From Eubacteriales bacterium (lineage in GTDB: Bacteria; Bacillota; Clostridia; Oscillospirales; CAG-272), in the NCBI GenBank assembly GCA_045612665.1, contig JAZKZO010000003.1, positions 30,992-94,991 of the forward strand: a DNA stretch of 64,000 nt, given 5' to 3'. The position numbers and the translations under genes are program-made. The notes below the pieces were generated by a model that was not told where the DNA came from, made no database searches, and was given only the letters and a program-made list of their open reading frames with translations. Within the stretch, counting starts at the first letter, position 1; every line of letters begins with the position of its first letter. Positions 54,934 through 62,835 of the stretch are shown in pieces.

Positions 54934-55956
54934 TCACAATTTTCGGATTTTGTCCAAATAGATACTAACATTTTTGGGCAAAGCATTGTCAATTTTATAT
55001 TTTTCCAGGTCGTATTCACGCTTTCCAAGAGCGGTTTTTCTTACAAGAGCAACAAATTCCTCTTCATTATTTAATGAATATAGCTGATCGCTTGTCAAAA
55101 GGTCGCGCTGTCCCTTGATATCGCTCGCCACAATAGGCATTTTAGCACTCATAGCCTCCATTATATTAAATGGCAAGCCCTCGATTGTAGATGCCGACAC
55201 ATATATATCTGCGCTCTCCAAATGCTCCTTTACGTTTTTTGTAAAGCCTGTTATTATAACTCTATCTAAAATGCCGTTTTCCTTGGCGAATTTTTCAATT
55301 GTCTCTCGCTCATCTCCGTCGCCAACCAAGGTAAGAATCGCGTTATTGAGCTTTAAAAGCGATTTTACAAGAAAAATTTGATTTTTTCTCTTACTTATCT
55401 CACCAACGTAAGCAAGCCTCAATTTGCCGTCAAATTCGTGCCTTTGCGCATTTTCAGTACGAGATAGGTTTACGCCCATTCCGTCGATCAAAAACGGCTC
55501 GTTTAGGGCGAGCTTGTTATCCCTTGCGATAGCCAAATCGTCCTTGTTCATAACGGCAATATAATCGGTTTTTTTGCGAACAAGGCGCTCTGCCATAAGA
55601 TAAATTTTTCTTTTCAAGGCTGACGAATGCTCCGAGAAAAGATATCCGTGCACTGTATTTACGACGGTAGGACGGCTTTTTATTCCTTTAAGGGCAAATC
55701 TAACCCAAAAGGCGGCAAGAGTTGTATGCAAGAAAATTGCATCGAACTTTTCTTTTTTCAAAATTCTTTTTATTAAAAAAGAAAGGCGCAGGTTCTTAAA
55801 GGAAAAAGCCCTTTTCTTAAAGGGGATATTAAAATCCGCCCCTTCACCTGACGCCATAACCGACACCTCGTGCCCCGCGTCTCGGAACGCCGAGACGTAA
55901 GGTAGGTGAAAGTTCTTTATATGCACCATATTAGATGCCACTATCAATATTTTCAT
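54934..55956 (-). CDS. glycosyltransferase family 4 (GT-B fold)
   Basis: 340 aa with the C-terminal EGLPFNIMEAMSAKMPIVASD motif (E-x7-E type). The start overlaps the upstream gene's stop in an ATGA. Confidence 0.75.
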   Translation of the reverse strand: MKILIVASNMVHIKNFHLPYVSAFRDAGHEVSVMASGEGADFNIPFKKRAFSFKNLRLSFLIKRILKKEKFDAIFLHTTLAAFWVRFALKGIKSRPTVVNTVHGYLFSEHSSALKRKIYLMAERLVRKKTDYIAVMNKDDLAIARDNKLALNEPFLIDGMGVNLSRTENAQRHEFDGKLRLAYVGEISKRKNQIFLVKSLLKLNNAILTLVGDGDERETIEKFAKENGILDRVIITGFTKNVKEHLESADIYVSASTIEGLPFNIMEAMSAKMPIVASDIKGQRDLLTSDQLYSLNNEEEFVALVRKTALGKREYDLEKYKIDNALPKNVSIYLDKIRKL

Positions 55957-57356
55957 TTTTTCTTTTTACGAAATTTCTCGTTTCTGTTAATTATTTTAAA
56001 CGGAGTTGCAAAAATGATTTTTATATCGTTAAAGAGTGTCCAGTTTTCAATATACTTGATATCAAGCTCTATTCTTCTTTCAAGAGAGGTGTTATCTCCG
56101 CGGAAGCCGTAAATTTGTGCAAGTCCTGTAATTCCCGGCTTTACCTGATGCTTTACCATATAAAGAGGGATGTTTTTTCGATATTCATCAACGAATTTGG
56201 GGATTTCCGGTCTTGGTCCTACAAGCGACATAGAGCCGAATAAAACGTTAAAGAATTGTGGCAACTCGTCAATACCTGTTTTTCTCAAAAAAGTGCCAAA
56301 TCTTGTTTTTCTGCTCTCGTCATATTCATGGGCATCACCAAACATATCAATCGGTGCGTGTCCCTCGACCTTCATTGAACGGAACTTATATATTGTGAAT
56401 TCCTTGTTATTTTTACCAACTCTTACCTGTTTAAATATGATTGGTCCTTTTGAGGAAAGGCGCACGCCTATAGCGGCAAAAATCATAAGAGGTAGAGTAA
56501 GAATTATCAAAATAAGCGAGCCAAAAATGTCAATCGCCCTTTTAATTGCAGCGTTTGCTATATTGTCAAGTGGGATTGCTCTCGTATTGATAAGTGGAAG
56601 GTTTCCAACCATATCAACCTGACATTTTGATTTAAAATACTTATAAACTACAGGAATAATCGACGCACGAATTCCGTTTTGGTCGCAAACAGTAACTATC
56701 TTTTGAGTTTTTGTTTCTTCCTTTGGCTCAAGCGCAAGCACAACCTCCTGTGGGCGATATTGCTTAATAACGCTATCTAGGTCGGCATAAGAGCCGAGCT
56801 TCTTAAAGCGAGGCTTCTCCGCATCGGAAACACAGCCTATTATACGGTAACCGAAGTGAAGGTTATCGTTTATTTGTCTTGCATATTCAACGGCACCGTA
56901 TCCGTTTCCGACAATGAGAACGTATTTCGGATTTTTGTTTTTTATACGGATATAGTGAAGAATTTTGGTTGCAATAATCTTTTTAACAGTAAGCACGCCA
57001 AGAGAAATAAGGCATATCGAAATCGTAAGAACAAAATTACGAGAATCGTTTTCGTTATCTATGATAAGCGTTACGGCAACGACTGCAATACCCATAACAA
57101 CAGCCTGTGCTATTATAAGCTTTACAATTTGGGACATAAGCTTTTCCCAACGCTTCGCCGAATACAAATCAAAGATGAAATACGTGCCACTAGCGAAAAT
57201 CACAAGAAGCGCGCCTATCATTACAGATTGGGCATTTATGTTATAGCCAAGCCATGTGTCAGCGACAAAAAACGATGCCGACATAACGCACGCGTTCAAA
57301 AAGAAATCAAGAAAAGCACCAAGGTATTTAATTGACGTCTTATTGTTTTGTACCAT
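55953..57356 (-). CDS. polyprenyl-phosphate hexose-1-phosphate transferase (WbaP/CpsE-type initiating sugar transferase)
   Basis: 467 aa with N-terminal TM helices and a Rossmann-like linker. The C-terminal bacterial sugar transferase domain contains KRAIDIFGS, IFKQVRVG, KFRSM, DELPQFFNVL.GSMSLVGPRP and GITGLAQI. Confidence 0.88.
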   Translation of the reverse strand: MVQNNKTSIKYLGAFLDFFLNACVMSASFFVADTWLGYNINAQSVMIGALLVIFASGTYFIFDLYSAKRWEKLMSQIVKLIIAQAVVMGIAVVAVTLIIDNENDSRNFVLTISICLISLGVLTVKKIIATKILHYIRIKNKNPKYVLIVGNGYGAVEYARQINDNLHFGYRIIGCVSDAEKPRFKKLGSYADLDSVIKQYRPQEVVLALEPKEETKTQKIVTVCDQNGIRASIIPVVYKYFKSKCQVDMVGNLPLINTRAIPLDNIANAAIKRAIDIFGSLILIILTLPLMIFAAIGVRLSSKGPIIFKQVRVGKNNKEFTIYKFRSMKVEGHAPIDMFGDAHEYDESRKTRFGTFLRKTGIDELPQFFNVLFGSMSLVGPRPEIPKFVDEYRKNIPLYMVKHQVKPGITGLAQIYGFRGDNTSLERRIELDIKYIENWTLFNDIKIIFATPFKIINRNEKFRKKKK

Positions 57357-57382
57357 AATTCCCTCTCTAAAAATTTAAGCAA

Positions 57383-58177
57383 CTATTGCTTATTCTTTGA
57401 ATATTCCTGATATTTGTCGCAAATTTCCTTTGAATCGCCAAATTCAACGATTCTACCGTTTTCAATCCAAACGGCACGCTGACACAGCTTCTTAACCTGC
57501 GACATATTATGTGAAACTATAATAAAGGTTACTCCGTGCTTTTGAAGCTCCTCTATTTTTTGTGAGCATTTTTGTCTGAAATTTTCATCACCAACGGACA
57601 AAATCTCATCAACAAGCAATATATCCGGTTCAACGTCTATTGCGATTGCAAAGCCCAAGCGAGCTACCATTCCCGATGAAAAGTTTTTAAGGGGAACGTC
57701 AACATAATTTTCAAGCTCGGCAAATTCAACGATGCTTGAAAACTTGTTTTTTATCTCCTTTGGTGTATAGCCTATGATTGCGCCGTTAAGAAAGATATTT
57801 TCTCTTGCCGTTGCCTCATAGTCAAAGCCTGCACCAAGGTTCAAAAGCGGAGCAACGCTACCGTGCACCTTAACGCTACCTGTCGTCGGCTTTATAATGC
57901 CTGTTATTATTTTAAGTATTGTACTCTTACCTGCGCCGTTATGACCGATAATTCCAACGCTTTCGCCCTTGTTTACGGAAAAGGTGATCTCCTCAAGAAT
58001 TCTTTTTTTGGTTTTCTTGATTTTTCCCTTTACAAGTCGAATAAAGAACTCCTTCATATTATCGACCTTTTCGGTTTGCATATAGTATTCCATAGCAACC
58101 TTATCAAGCTCGATAATCGGCTCTTGCTTCGGTGTATTATCCTCAATTGGCAAGGAAGCCTCTTTTATTTCTTCCAT
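57383..58177 (-). CDS. polysaccharide/teichoic-acid export ABC transporter ATP-binding protein (Wzt/TagH type, no C-terminal carbohydrate-binding domain)
   Basis: Walker A GHNGAGKST, signature FSSGMVARLGFA and Walker B ILLVDE. Confidence 0.85.
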   Translation of the reverse strand: MEEIKEASLPIEDNTPKQEPIIELDKVAMEYYMQTEKVDNMKEFFIRLVKGKIKKTKKRILEEITFSVNKGESVGIIGHNGAGKSTILKIITGIIKPTTGSVKVHGSVAPLLNLGAGFDYEATARENIFLNGAIIGYTPKEIKNKFSSIVEFAELENYVDVPLKNFSSGMVARLGFAIAIDVEPDILLVDEILSVGDENFRQKCSQKIEELQKHGVTFIIVSHNMSQVKKLCQRAVWIENGRIVEFGDSKEICDKYQEYSKNKQ

Positions 58178-58187
58178 AATTCCTCTT

Positions 58188-59066
58188 TTAGATGCTAAAT
58201 ATGAAATTTTTCTTTGTCAAATAGAACAAAATCGAACCGGCAACCGCAAATGCGATTCCCCAAAGATAAAGCGTTCCAAGACCGCTGTAAACCGATGCTT
58301 CAGTTATAGTGCCGAGCTTCATACGGTAAACTATATCTCTAAAATACTCTACGAAATGCGCCATTGGATTTAGCTTCATAACTACTCTAATCACAAGAAC
58401 CTTCCAGCTCTCGCCAAGATTTTGAAGCTTATAGAAAATAGGCGTTAGATACATCCAAAGAGTCAGGAACACGTTGTAAAAATGCATTACGTCTCTAAAG
58501 AACACATAAAGTGCCGACAATATAAGGGACATACCGTAGTTGAACAAGAACAATGCGGGAAGCATTAGTATTGTCAAGAAAATTGTTGGACTGAACACCG
58601 GTGTCTTAATGCTTACGAAAAGCATAACGGCAAGAAGCGCGATAAACGAAAACAGGAAGTTTACTATTGCGCTAACGTTACATGACAGCGGAAAAACGTT
58701 GTACGATATTTTATTTTTCGTAAGTAGTCCACGATTATAAACAAGTATCGGAAGCGACTGTGTTGTTGCGGCACGCATTGTGTTGAAAATAATATTACCG
58801 CACAAAAGGTACAAAAGATACGTGCTGTCATCGTTGTATTTGAATATCGTACCGAAAACAAGGTACATTACGAACATATTCAAAAGTGGATTAAGAATAG
58901 TCCACAAAACTCCGATTGCGGAGTTACGGTACTGTAGCTTAATACCACGCTTTACAAGCTGAACTACAATGTTTTTATTTTTTATCAATTCTCTTTTTTG
59001 CTTTACGTAGACCTCTTTTGCCTTGGTCTTAAAAGCAGAAAATTTTGGTGATTTAAATATATTCAT
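58188..59066 (-). CDS. ABC-2 type polysaccharide export permease (Wzm/TagG type)
   Basis: 292 aa, 6 TM, with a typical N-terminal amphipathic region (LVKRGIKLQYRNSAIGVLWTILNPLL). Confidence 0.8.
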   Translation of the reverse strand: MNIFKSPKFSAFKTKAKEVYVKQKRELIKNKNIVVQLVKRGIKLQYRNSAIGVLWTILNPLLNMFVMYLVFGTIFKYNDDSTYLLYLLCGNIIFNTMRAATTQSLPILVYNRGLLTKNKISYNVFPLSCNVSAIVNFLFSFIALLAVMLFVSIKTPVFSPTIFLTILMLPALFLFNYGMSLILSALYVFFRDVMHFYNVFLTLWMYLTPIFYKLQNLGESWKVLVIRVVMKLNPMAHFVEYFRDIVYRMKLGTITEASVYSGLGTLYLWGIAFAVAGSILFYLTKKNFIFSI

Positions 59067-59134
59067 TGAACTTTCCTTGCTTCATTTTTTGCCAAATTTG
59101 CCTATGTTATTTTAATATTATATCAAATTTCTAT

Positions 59135-60988
59135 TTATTTGTCAAGAGTTGATAAGCCATCAATTCTATCAAGGCACTCACAAATCTCGGAATACATATA
59201 AAGTGAGCCGACACAAAGCAGTGCTTTTCCTTGCTTTTCGGATGCTTTGACTGCTCTTTCAAGCGCATCGAAAACGGACGCACACGGATATGCGACAACT
59301 CCGTTTTCCTTGTAAATTTGAGAATATTCGGTTGCATCTAGCGCCCTTGGATTATCAGGCCTTATGCAATAAACCTCGTTTGCAATAGAGCCTATTTGCT
59401 CGGCAATATAGCGATAATCCTTATCCGCCATAACTCCGCTTATAACGTTGATTTTTTCGTCCTTAAAATAGCCCTTTACGCTATCAACTGCGCTTTTAAC
59501 TCCCTGCGGATTGTGTCCGCCATCGGCTATAATCAACGGATTTTTTGAAAGAATTTCAAATCTTGCGTGCCACTTAACAAATGCAAGTCCACCGTAAATA
59601 GCCTCGCTTGGAATTGAGATGTCAAGTGAGCGAAGAATGTCAATCGCCGTCAAGACGTTTGAGGCATTAAACGGCTGATACTCGCCAAGGAGTGGAATGT
59701 ATATGTTTTTGTATTCCCCAAAATCAAACACCGTACCGTCCAAGGTAAACGAACTTATTTGAGTTTTCGAGTGGTCAACGACGAAAAGCTCCGAGCCAAG
59801 CTCTATAGCGCGCGCTCTTATCACTCCTTCGGCTAGCTCGTTTTCGCCACACCAAAGGCAAGGCACGCCTGGTTTTATAATTCCCGCCTTTTCAAACGCA
59901 ATCTTCTCTATTGTGTCTCCCAAAATTGAAACGTGGTCAAAGTCTATTCCCGTTATGACGGTTAGGACAGGTGTATCAATTATATTAGTGGAGTCAAGAC
60001 GGCCACCAAGTCCACACTCCAAAACAACGTAATCACAACCGTTTTGAGCGAAATATTCGAATGCGAGGGCTGTTATAAGCTCAAATTCGGTAGGCTTTTC
60101 CGCCATTTTATCGGCAATCGGCTTTATTTTTTCGACAAGAGCAACGAGCTCGTCATTCGAAATCATTTCTCCGTTTATCGCCATTCTCTCGTTGAATTCC
60201 TTAACGTAAGGAGAGGTAAACGTGCCAACCTTATAGCCCGACTTTTTAAGGACCTCGGAAAGCATTGCGCAAAACGAGCCCTTACCGTTTGTTCCAGCAA
60301 CGTGAATGAATTTAAGGGAATTTTGAGGGTTTCCAAGAGCCTCGCAAAGCTCATTTATTCTTTCAAGCCCGGGATTACAAAAGGTCCAATTGATTTTATG
60401 AATGTAATCTAGTGCGTCATTATATGTCATTTTAGTTGCTTTGGGCTTGTTAACATATCCCACAACACCTGCGAAGCTTTTTCTTTTAAGCAAGGTGCAA
60501 AGAAGCAAAATTTCAACAGGTGCGATGAGCATATAAAGCGGAATTCGCAAAAGCACAAGTGCACCGTAAAACTGATAGAGTCCTATCGGCTTTACAATCA
60601 TTGAGCCGACAATGTGAGCAAGTGCACCACTTACTACAATTTGAAGTGTTCCATTTTTGCGAACTATGAGCTTTGATGAAATTCCCGACATAACACCAAC
60701 AAGCGTTGCACCGAGTGTAACTATCAAGTTTGGTGGATATACCTGACTTGAAAGCAAATAGCTTACAAGATCGGAGCAAGCGCCCACCACTCCACCGACA
60801 ATAGGTCCGTATAAAATGCCTGAAAGAATTATCGGCAGATTTTCAAAGGTAACTCTAAAAAGTCCACCGTCAAAATTCAAGGCAGTTTTACAAAAGATGC
60901 CGATTACTACGCTTATAGCCGTAAGCATTGCCGAAACGGTCAATGCACGAATGCTTCCAAAAAGCGCAACTTTTTTAGAATTTTGCAT
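59135..60988 (-). CDS. folC: fusion protein: folate ECF-transporter S component (FolT) N-terminal domain plus folylpolyglutamate synthase/dihydrofolate synthase (FolC)
   Basis: One continuous ORF. Residues 1 to about 180 from the ATG 60988 form a 6-TM FolT-like domain (FRVTFENLPIILSGILYGP). The rest is Mur-ligase-type FolC (HVAGTNGKGS P-loop, VLECGLGGRLDSTN). The start is set by a GAGGGGG RBS downstream of the riboswitch. Confidence 0.8.
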   Translation of the reverse strand: MQNSKKVALFGSIRALTVSAMLTAISVVIGIFCKTALNFDGGLFRVTFENLPIILSGILYGPIVGGVVGACSDLVSYLLSSQVYPPNLIVTLGATLVGVMSGISSKLIVRKNGTLQIVVSGALAHIVGSMIVKPIGLYQFYGALVLLRIPLYMLIAPVEILLLCTLLKRKSFAGVVGYVNKPKATKMTYNDALDYIHKINWTFCNPGLERINELCEALGNPQNSLKFIHVAGTNGKGSFCAMLSEVLKKSGYKVGTFTSPYVKEFNERMAINGEMISNDELVALVEKIKPIADKMAEKPTEFELITALAFEYFAQNGCDYVVLECGLGGRLDSTNIIDTPVLTVITGIDFDHVSILGDTIEKIAFEKAGIIKPGVPCLWCGENELAEGVIRARAIELGSELFVVDHSKTQISSFTLDGTVFDFGEYKNIYIPLLGEYQPFNASNVLTAIDILRSLDISIPSEAIYGGLAFVKWHARFEILSKNPLIIADGGHNPQGVKSAVDSVKGYFKDEKINVISGVMADKDYRYIAEQIGSIANEVYCIRPDNPRALDATEYSQIYKENGVVAYPCASVFDALERAVKASEKQGKALLCVGSLYMYSEICECLDRIDGLSTLDK

Positions 60989-61043
60989 AAAAAAATACCC
61001 CCTCGATGAATACAGATTTTCAGCAACCATCTTGGAGATAAGT

Positions 61044-61138
61044 CCAGCGGGATGCAACGAATGCACCGCAACCTAAGTTTTCGTTCGAAAGACAACTCCC
61101 CGTTCAATCGACACTTGACGCGCACTCATTTACTCTGT
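61044..61138 (-). promoter_or_regulatory. THF (tetrahydrofolate) riboswitch
   Basis: The minus strand reads ACAGAGTAAATGAGTGCGCGTCAAGTGTCGATTGAACGGGGAGTTGTCTTTCGAACGAAAACTTAGGTTGCGGTGCATTCGTTGCATCCCGCTGG. This carries the conserved THF-riboswitch blocks AGAGUA, CGCGU.AAGUG, GGGA.G, ACGAA, GCGGUG and GCAUCC.GCU, and sits upstream of a folT-type gene. Confidence 0.85.
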
Positions 61139-61159
61139 AAAATCTTAAATTATGCCTAT

Positions 61160-61188
61160 ATAATATCACATAATGCGCGCATTTGCAA
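61160..61188 (-). promoter_or_regulatory. sigma-A-type promoter driving the THF riboswitch and folT-folC
   Basis: On the minus strand, TTGCAA (61188-61183), a 17-nt spacer and TATTAT (61165-61160), about 20 nt upstream of the riboswitch. Confidence 0.6.
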
Positions 61189-61227
61189 TACTTTTTAGAA
61201 AATCGCAAAATTTTCGCGCTTTTTGTA

Positions 61228-61256
61228 TTGACATTGTTGGCGGTCGGGTGTATAAT
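61228..61256 (+). promoter_or_regulatory. consensus sigma-A promoter of the metal-transporter operon
   Basis: TTGACA (61228-61233), a 17-nt spacer and TATAAT (61251-61256). Confidence 0.75.
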
Positions 61257-61268
61257 TTAGTTGTAATT

Positions 61269-61283
61269 TGATAATTATTCTCA
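61269..61283. promoter_or_regulatory. Fur-family repressor box (7-1-7)
   Basis: TGATAATTATTCTCA matches the Bacillus Fur consensus TGATAATNATTATCA at 14 of 15 positions. It lies 12 nt downstream of the -10 element, over the expected transcription start region. Confidence 0.65.
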
Positions 61284-61287
61284 AATT

Positions 61288-61306
61288 GATAATGAAATTG
61301 AAAATC
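61288..61306. promoter_or_regulatory. second, weaker Fur-like box
   Basis: GATAATGAAATTGAAAATC matches the classical 19-bp box GATAATGATAATCATTATC at 14 of 19 positions. Confidence 0.35.
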
Positions 61307-61332
61307 ACTTGCATTTTAGAAACGAGGCTTAA

Positions 61333-62184
61333 ATGACATTTTCGGAAGCTTTGCACGTTCTCCTTCATGCGCTTTTGGAGACTGCTAAGAGTATTCCCTT
61401 TCTCTTTATTGCTTATTTGCTTATGGAATTTCTTGAGCATAAGGCGTCGGAGAAAATGGAAGGCTCGCTAAAAAAATTGAATAAGGCAGGACCTGCAATC
61501 GGCACGGCGCTCGGCTGTGTTCCACAGTGTGGATTTTCCGCATCTGCGTCTAACCTTTATACAACAGGACTCATCACCGAGGGCACGCTTATTGCGGTTT
61601 TTCTTGCAACGTCGGACGAGGCCATTCCACTTTTGATTAGCAATCCTAACTCCCACGGAGCGATTTGGAAGTTAATTCTTTGCAAGCTTGCTATCGGTGT
61701 TGTTGCAGGCTTCACAATAGACGGAATTTATAAGCTTTTGAAGATAAAAAAAGCTCCTGTTGACCTTTGTGAGGACTGTGGCTGTGATGAGGAAAAGAAT
61801 ATATGGATTCCTACTATCAAGCACACGGTAAAAATAGTTATTTTTATTTTGATCGTTAATATCGCCCTTGGCTTTGCAATGGAGCTTTTGGGACACGATA
61901 GATTAAACGCAATTTTATTGAGTGGAAGCCTAGCTCAGCCTTTTGTAACCGCGCTTATAGGTCTTATTCCCAACTGTGCGGTATCGGTTGCGCTAACTGA
62001 GCTTTACGTTGGTGGCTCGCTCTCATTTGGCTCTGCGGTTGCGGGACTTTGCTCCGGTGCAGGGCTCGGTCTTACCGTACTATTTAAAGCCAACAAAAAT
62101 TGGAAAGAAAATTTACGCGTGGTAGGCATACTTTATCTTATATCAGCGATATTTGGATTTGTGCTTATGCTATGCGGAATGTGA
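61333..62184 (+). CDS. ArsP_2-like putative heavy-metal/manganese transporter (10-TM family)
   Basis: 283 aa. The N-terminal pattern LLHALLETAKSIPFLFIAYLLMEFLEHK...GCVPQCGFSASASNLY...FLATSDEAIPLLI matches my recollection of the 'putative manganese transporter' family. A Cys-rich loop CEDCGCDE is present. Confidence 0.55.
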   Translation: MTFSEALHVLLHALLETAKSIPFLFIAYLLMEFLEHKASEKMEGSLKKLNKAGPAIGTALGCVPQCGFSASASNLYTTGLITEGTLIAVFLATSDEAIPLLISNPNSHGAIWKLILCKLAIGVVAGFTIDGIYKLLKIKKAPVDLCEDCGCDEEKNIWIPTIKHTVKIVIFILIVNIALGFAMELLGHDRLNAILLSGSLAQPFVTALIGLIPNCAVSVALTELYVGGSLSFGSAVAGLCSGAGLGLTVLFKANKNWKENLRVVGILYLISAIFGFVLMLCGM

Positions 62185-62193
62185 GGTGTTTTT

Positions 62194-62835
62194 ATGATAA
62201 GTGTTAAAAAAGTATCAAAGCATTTTAGAAATGAAACCGCCATTGACTACAAGGATATTATTTTTGAGGACGGCAAATCCTATATGCTTCTCGGCGCTTC
62301 GGGCTGTGGAAAATCTACGCTTCTCAATATGATAGCAGGTATTCTCTCCCCTGAAAGTGGCGAAATTGAGATTGACGGTGATATAATGTCATCTAAATCT
62401 CAAAAGGAAAAGGACAAGTTCAGAATCGAGAAAATCGGATATATTTTCCAAGATTTCAAGCTTATTCCCGAGATGACCGTCATAGACAATATAAACATTT
62501 TAAGGCTTGAGGGCGTTGACACCTCTGGTGCGGACGAATTCCTTGAAAAGCTCGAAATTCTCGACAAAAAGAACAAAAAGGTTAAAAACCTTTCAGGTGG
62601 AGAAAGACAACGAGTTGCAATTGTCCGTGCTATTGTTAAAAAGCCTGACATCATCTTGGCAGATGAGCCAACAGGCAACCTCAACTTTGCCATCGGTGAG
62701 CAGGTTATAAAGGAGCTTGTTGAAATTTCAAAGGGCAAAACTCTTATTGCCGTTACTCACGACGAGCGTCTTGCAAAGTATTTCGACTGTGTAATTGATA
62801 TGAATGAAATGACAGGGGGACGACGCGATGTTTAA
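62194..62835 (+). CDS. ABC transporter ATP-binding protein (MacB/LolD-like)
   Basis: Walker A GASGCGKST, signature LSGGERQRV and Walker B IILADEPT. Confidence 0.9.
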   Translation: MISVKKVSKHFRNETAIDYKDIIFEDGKSYMLLGASGCGKSTLLNMIAGILSPESGEIEIDGDIMSSKSQKEKDKFRIEKIGYIFQDFKLIPEMTVIDNINILRLEGVDTSGADEFLEKLEILDKKNKKVKNLSGGERQRVAIVRAIVKKPDIILADEPTGNLNFAIGEQVIKELVEISKGKTLIAVTHDERLAKYFDCVIDMNEMTGGRRDV

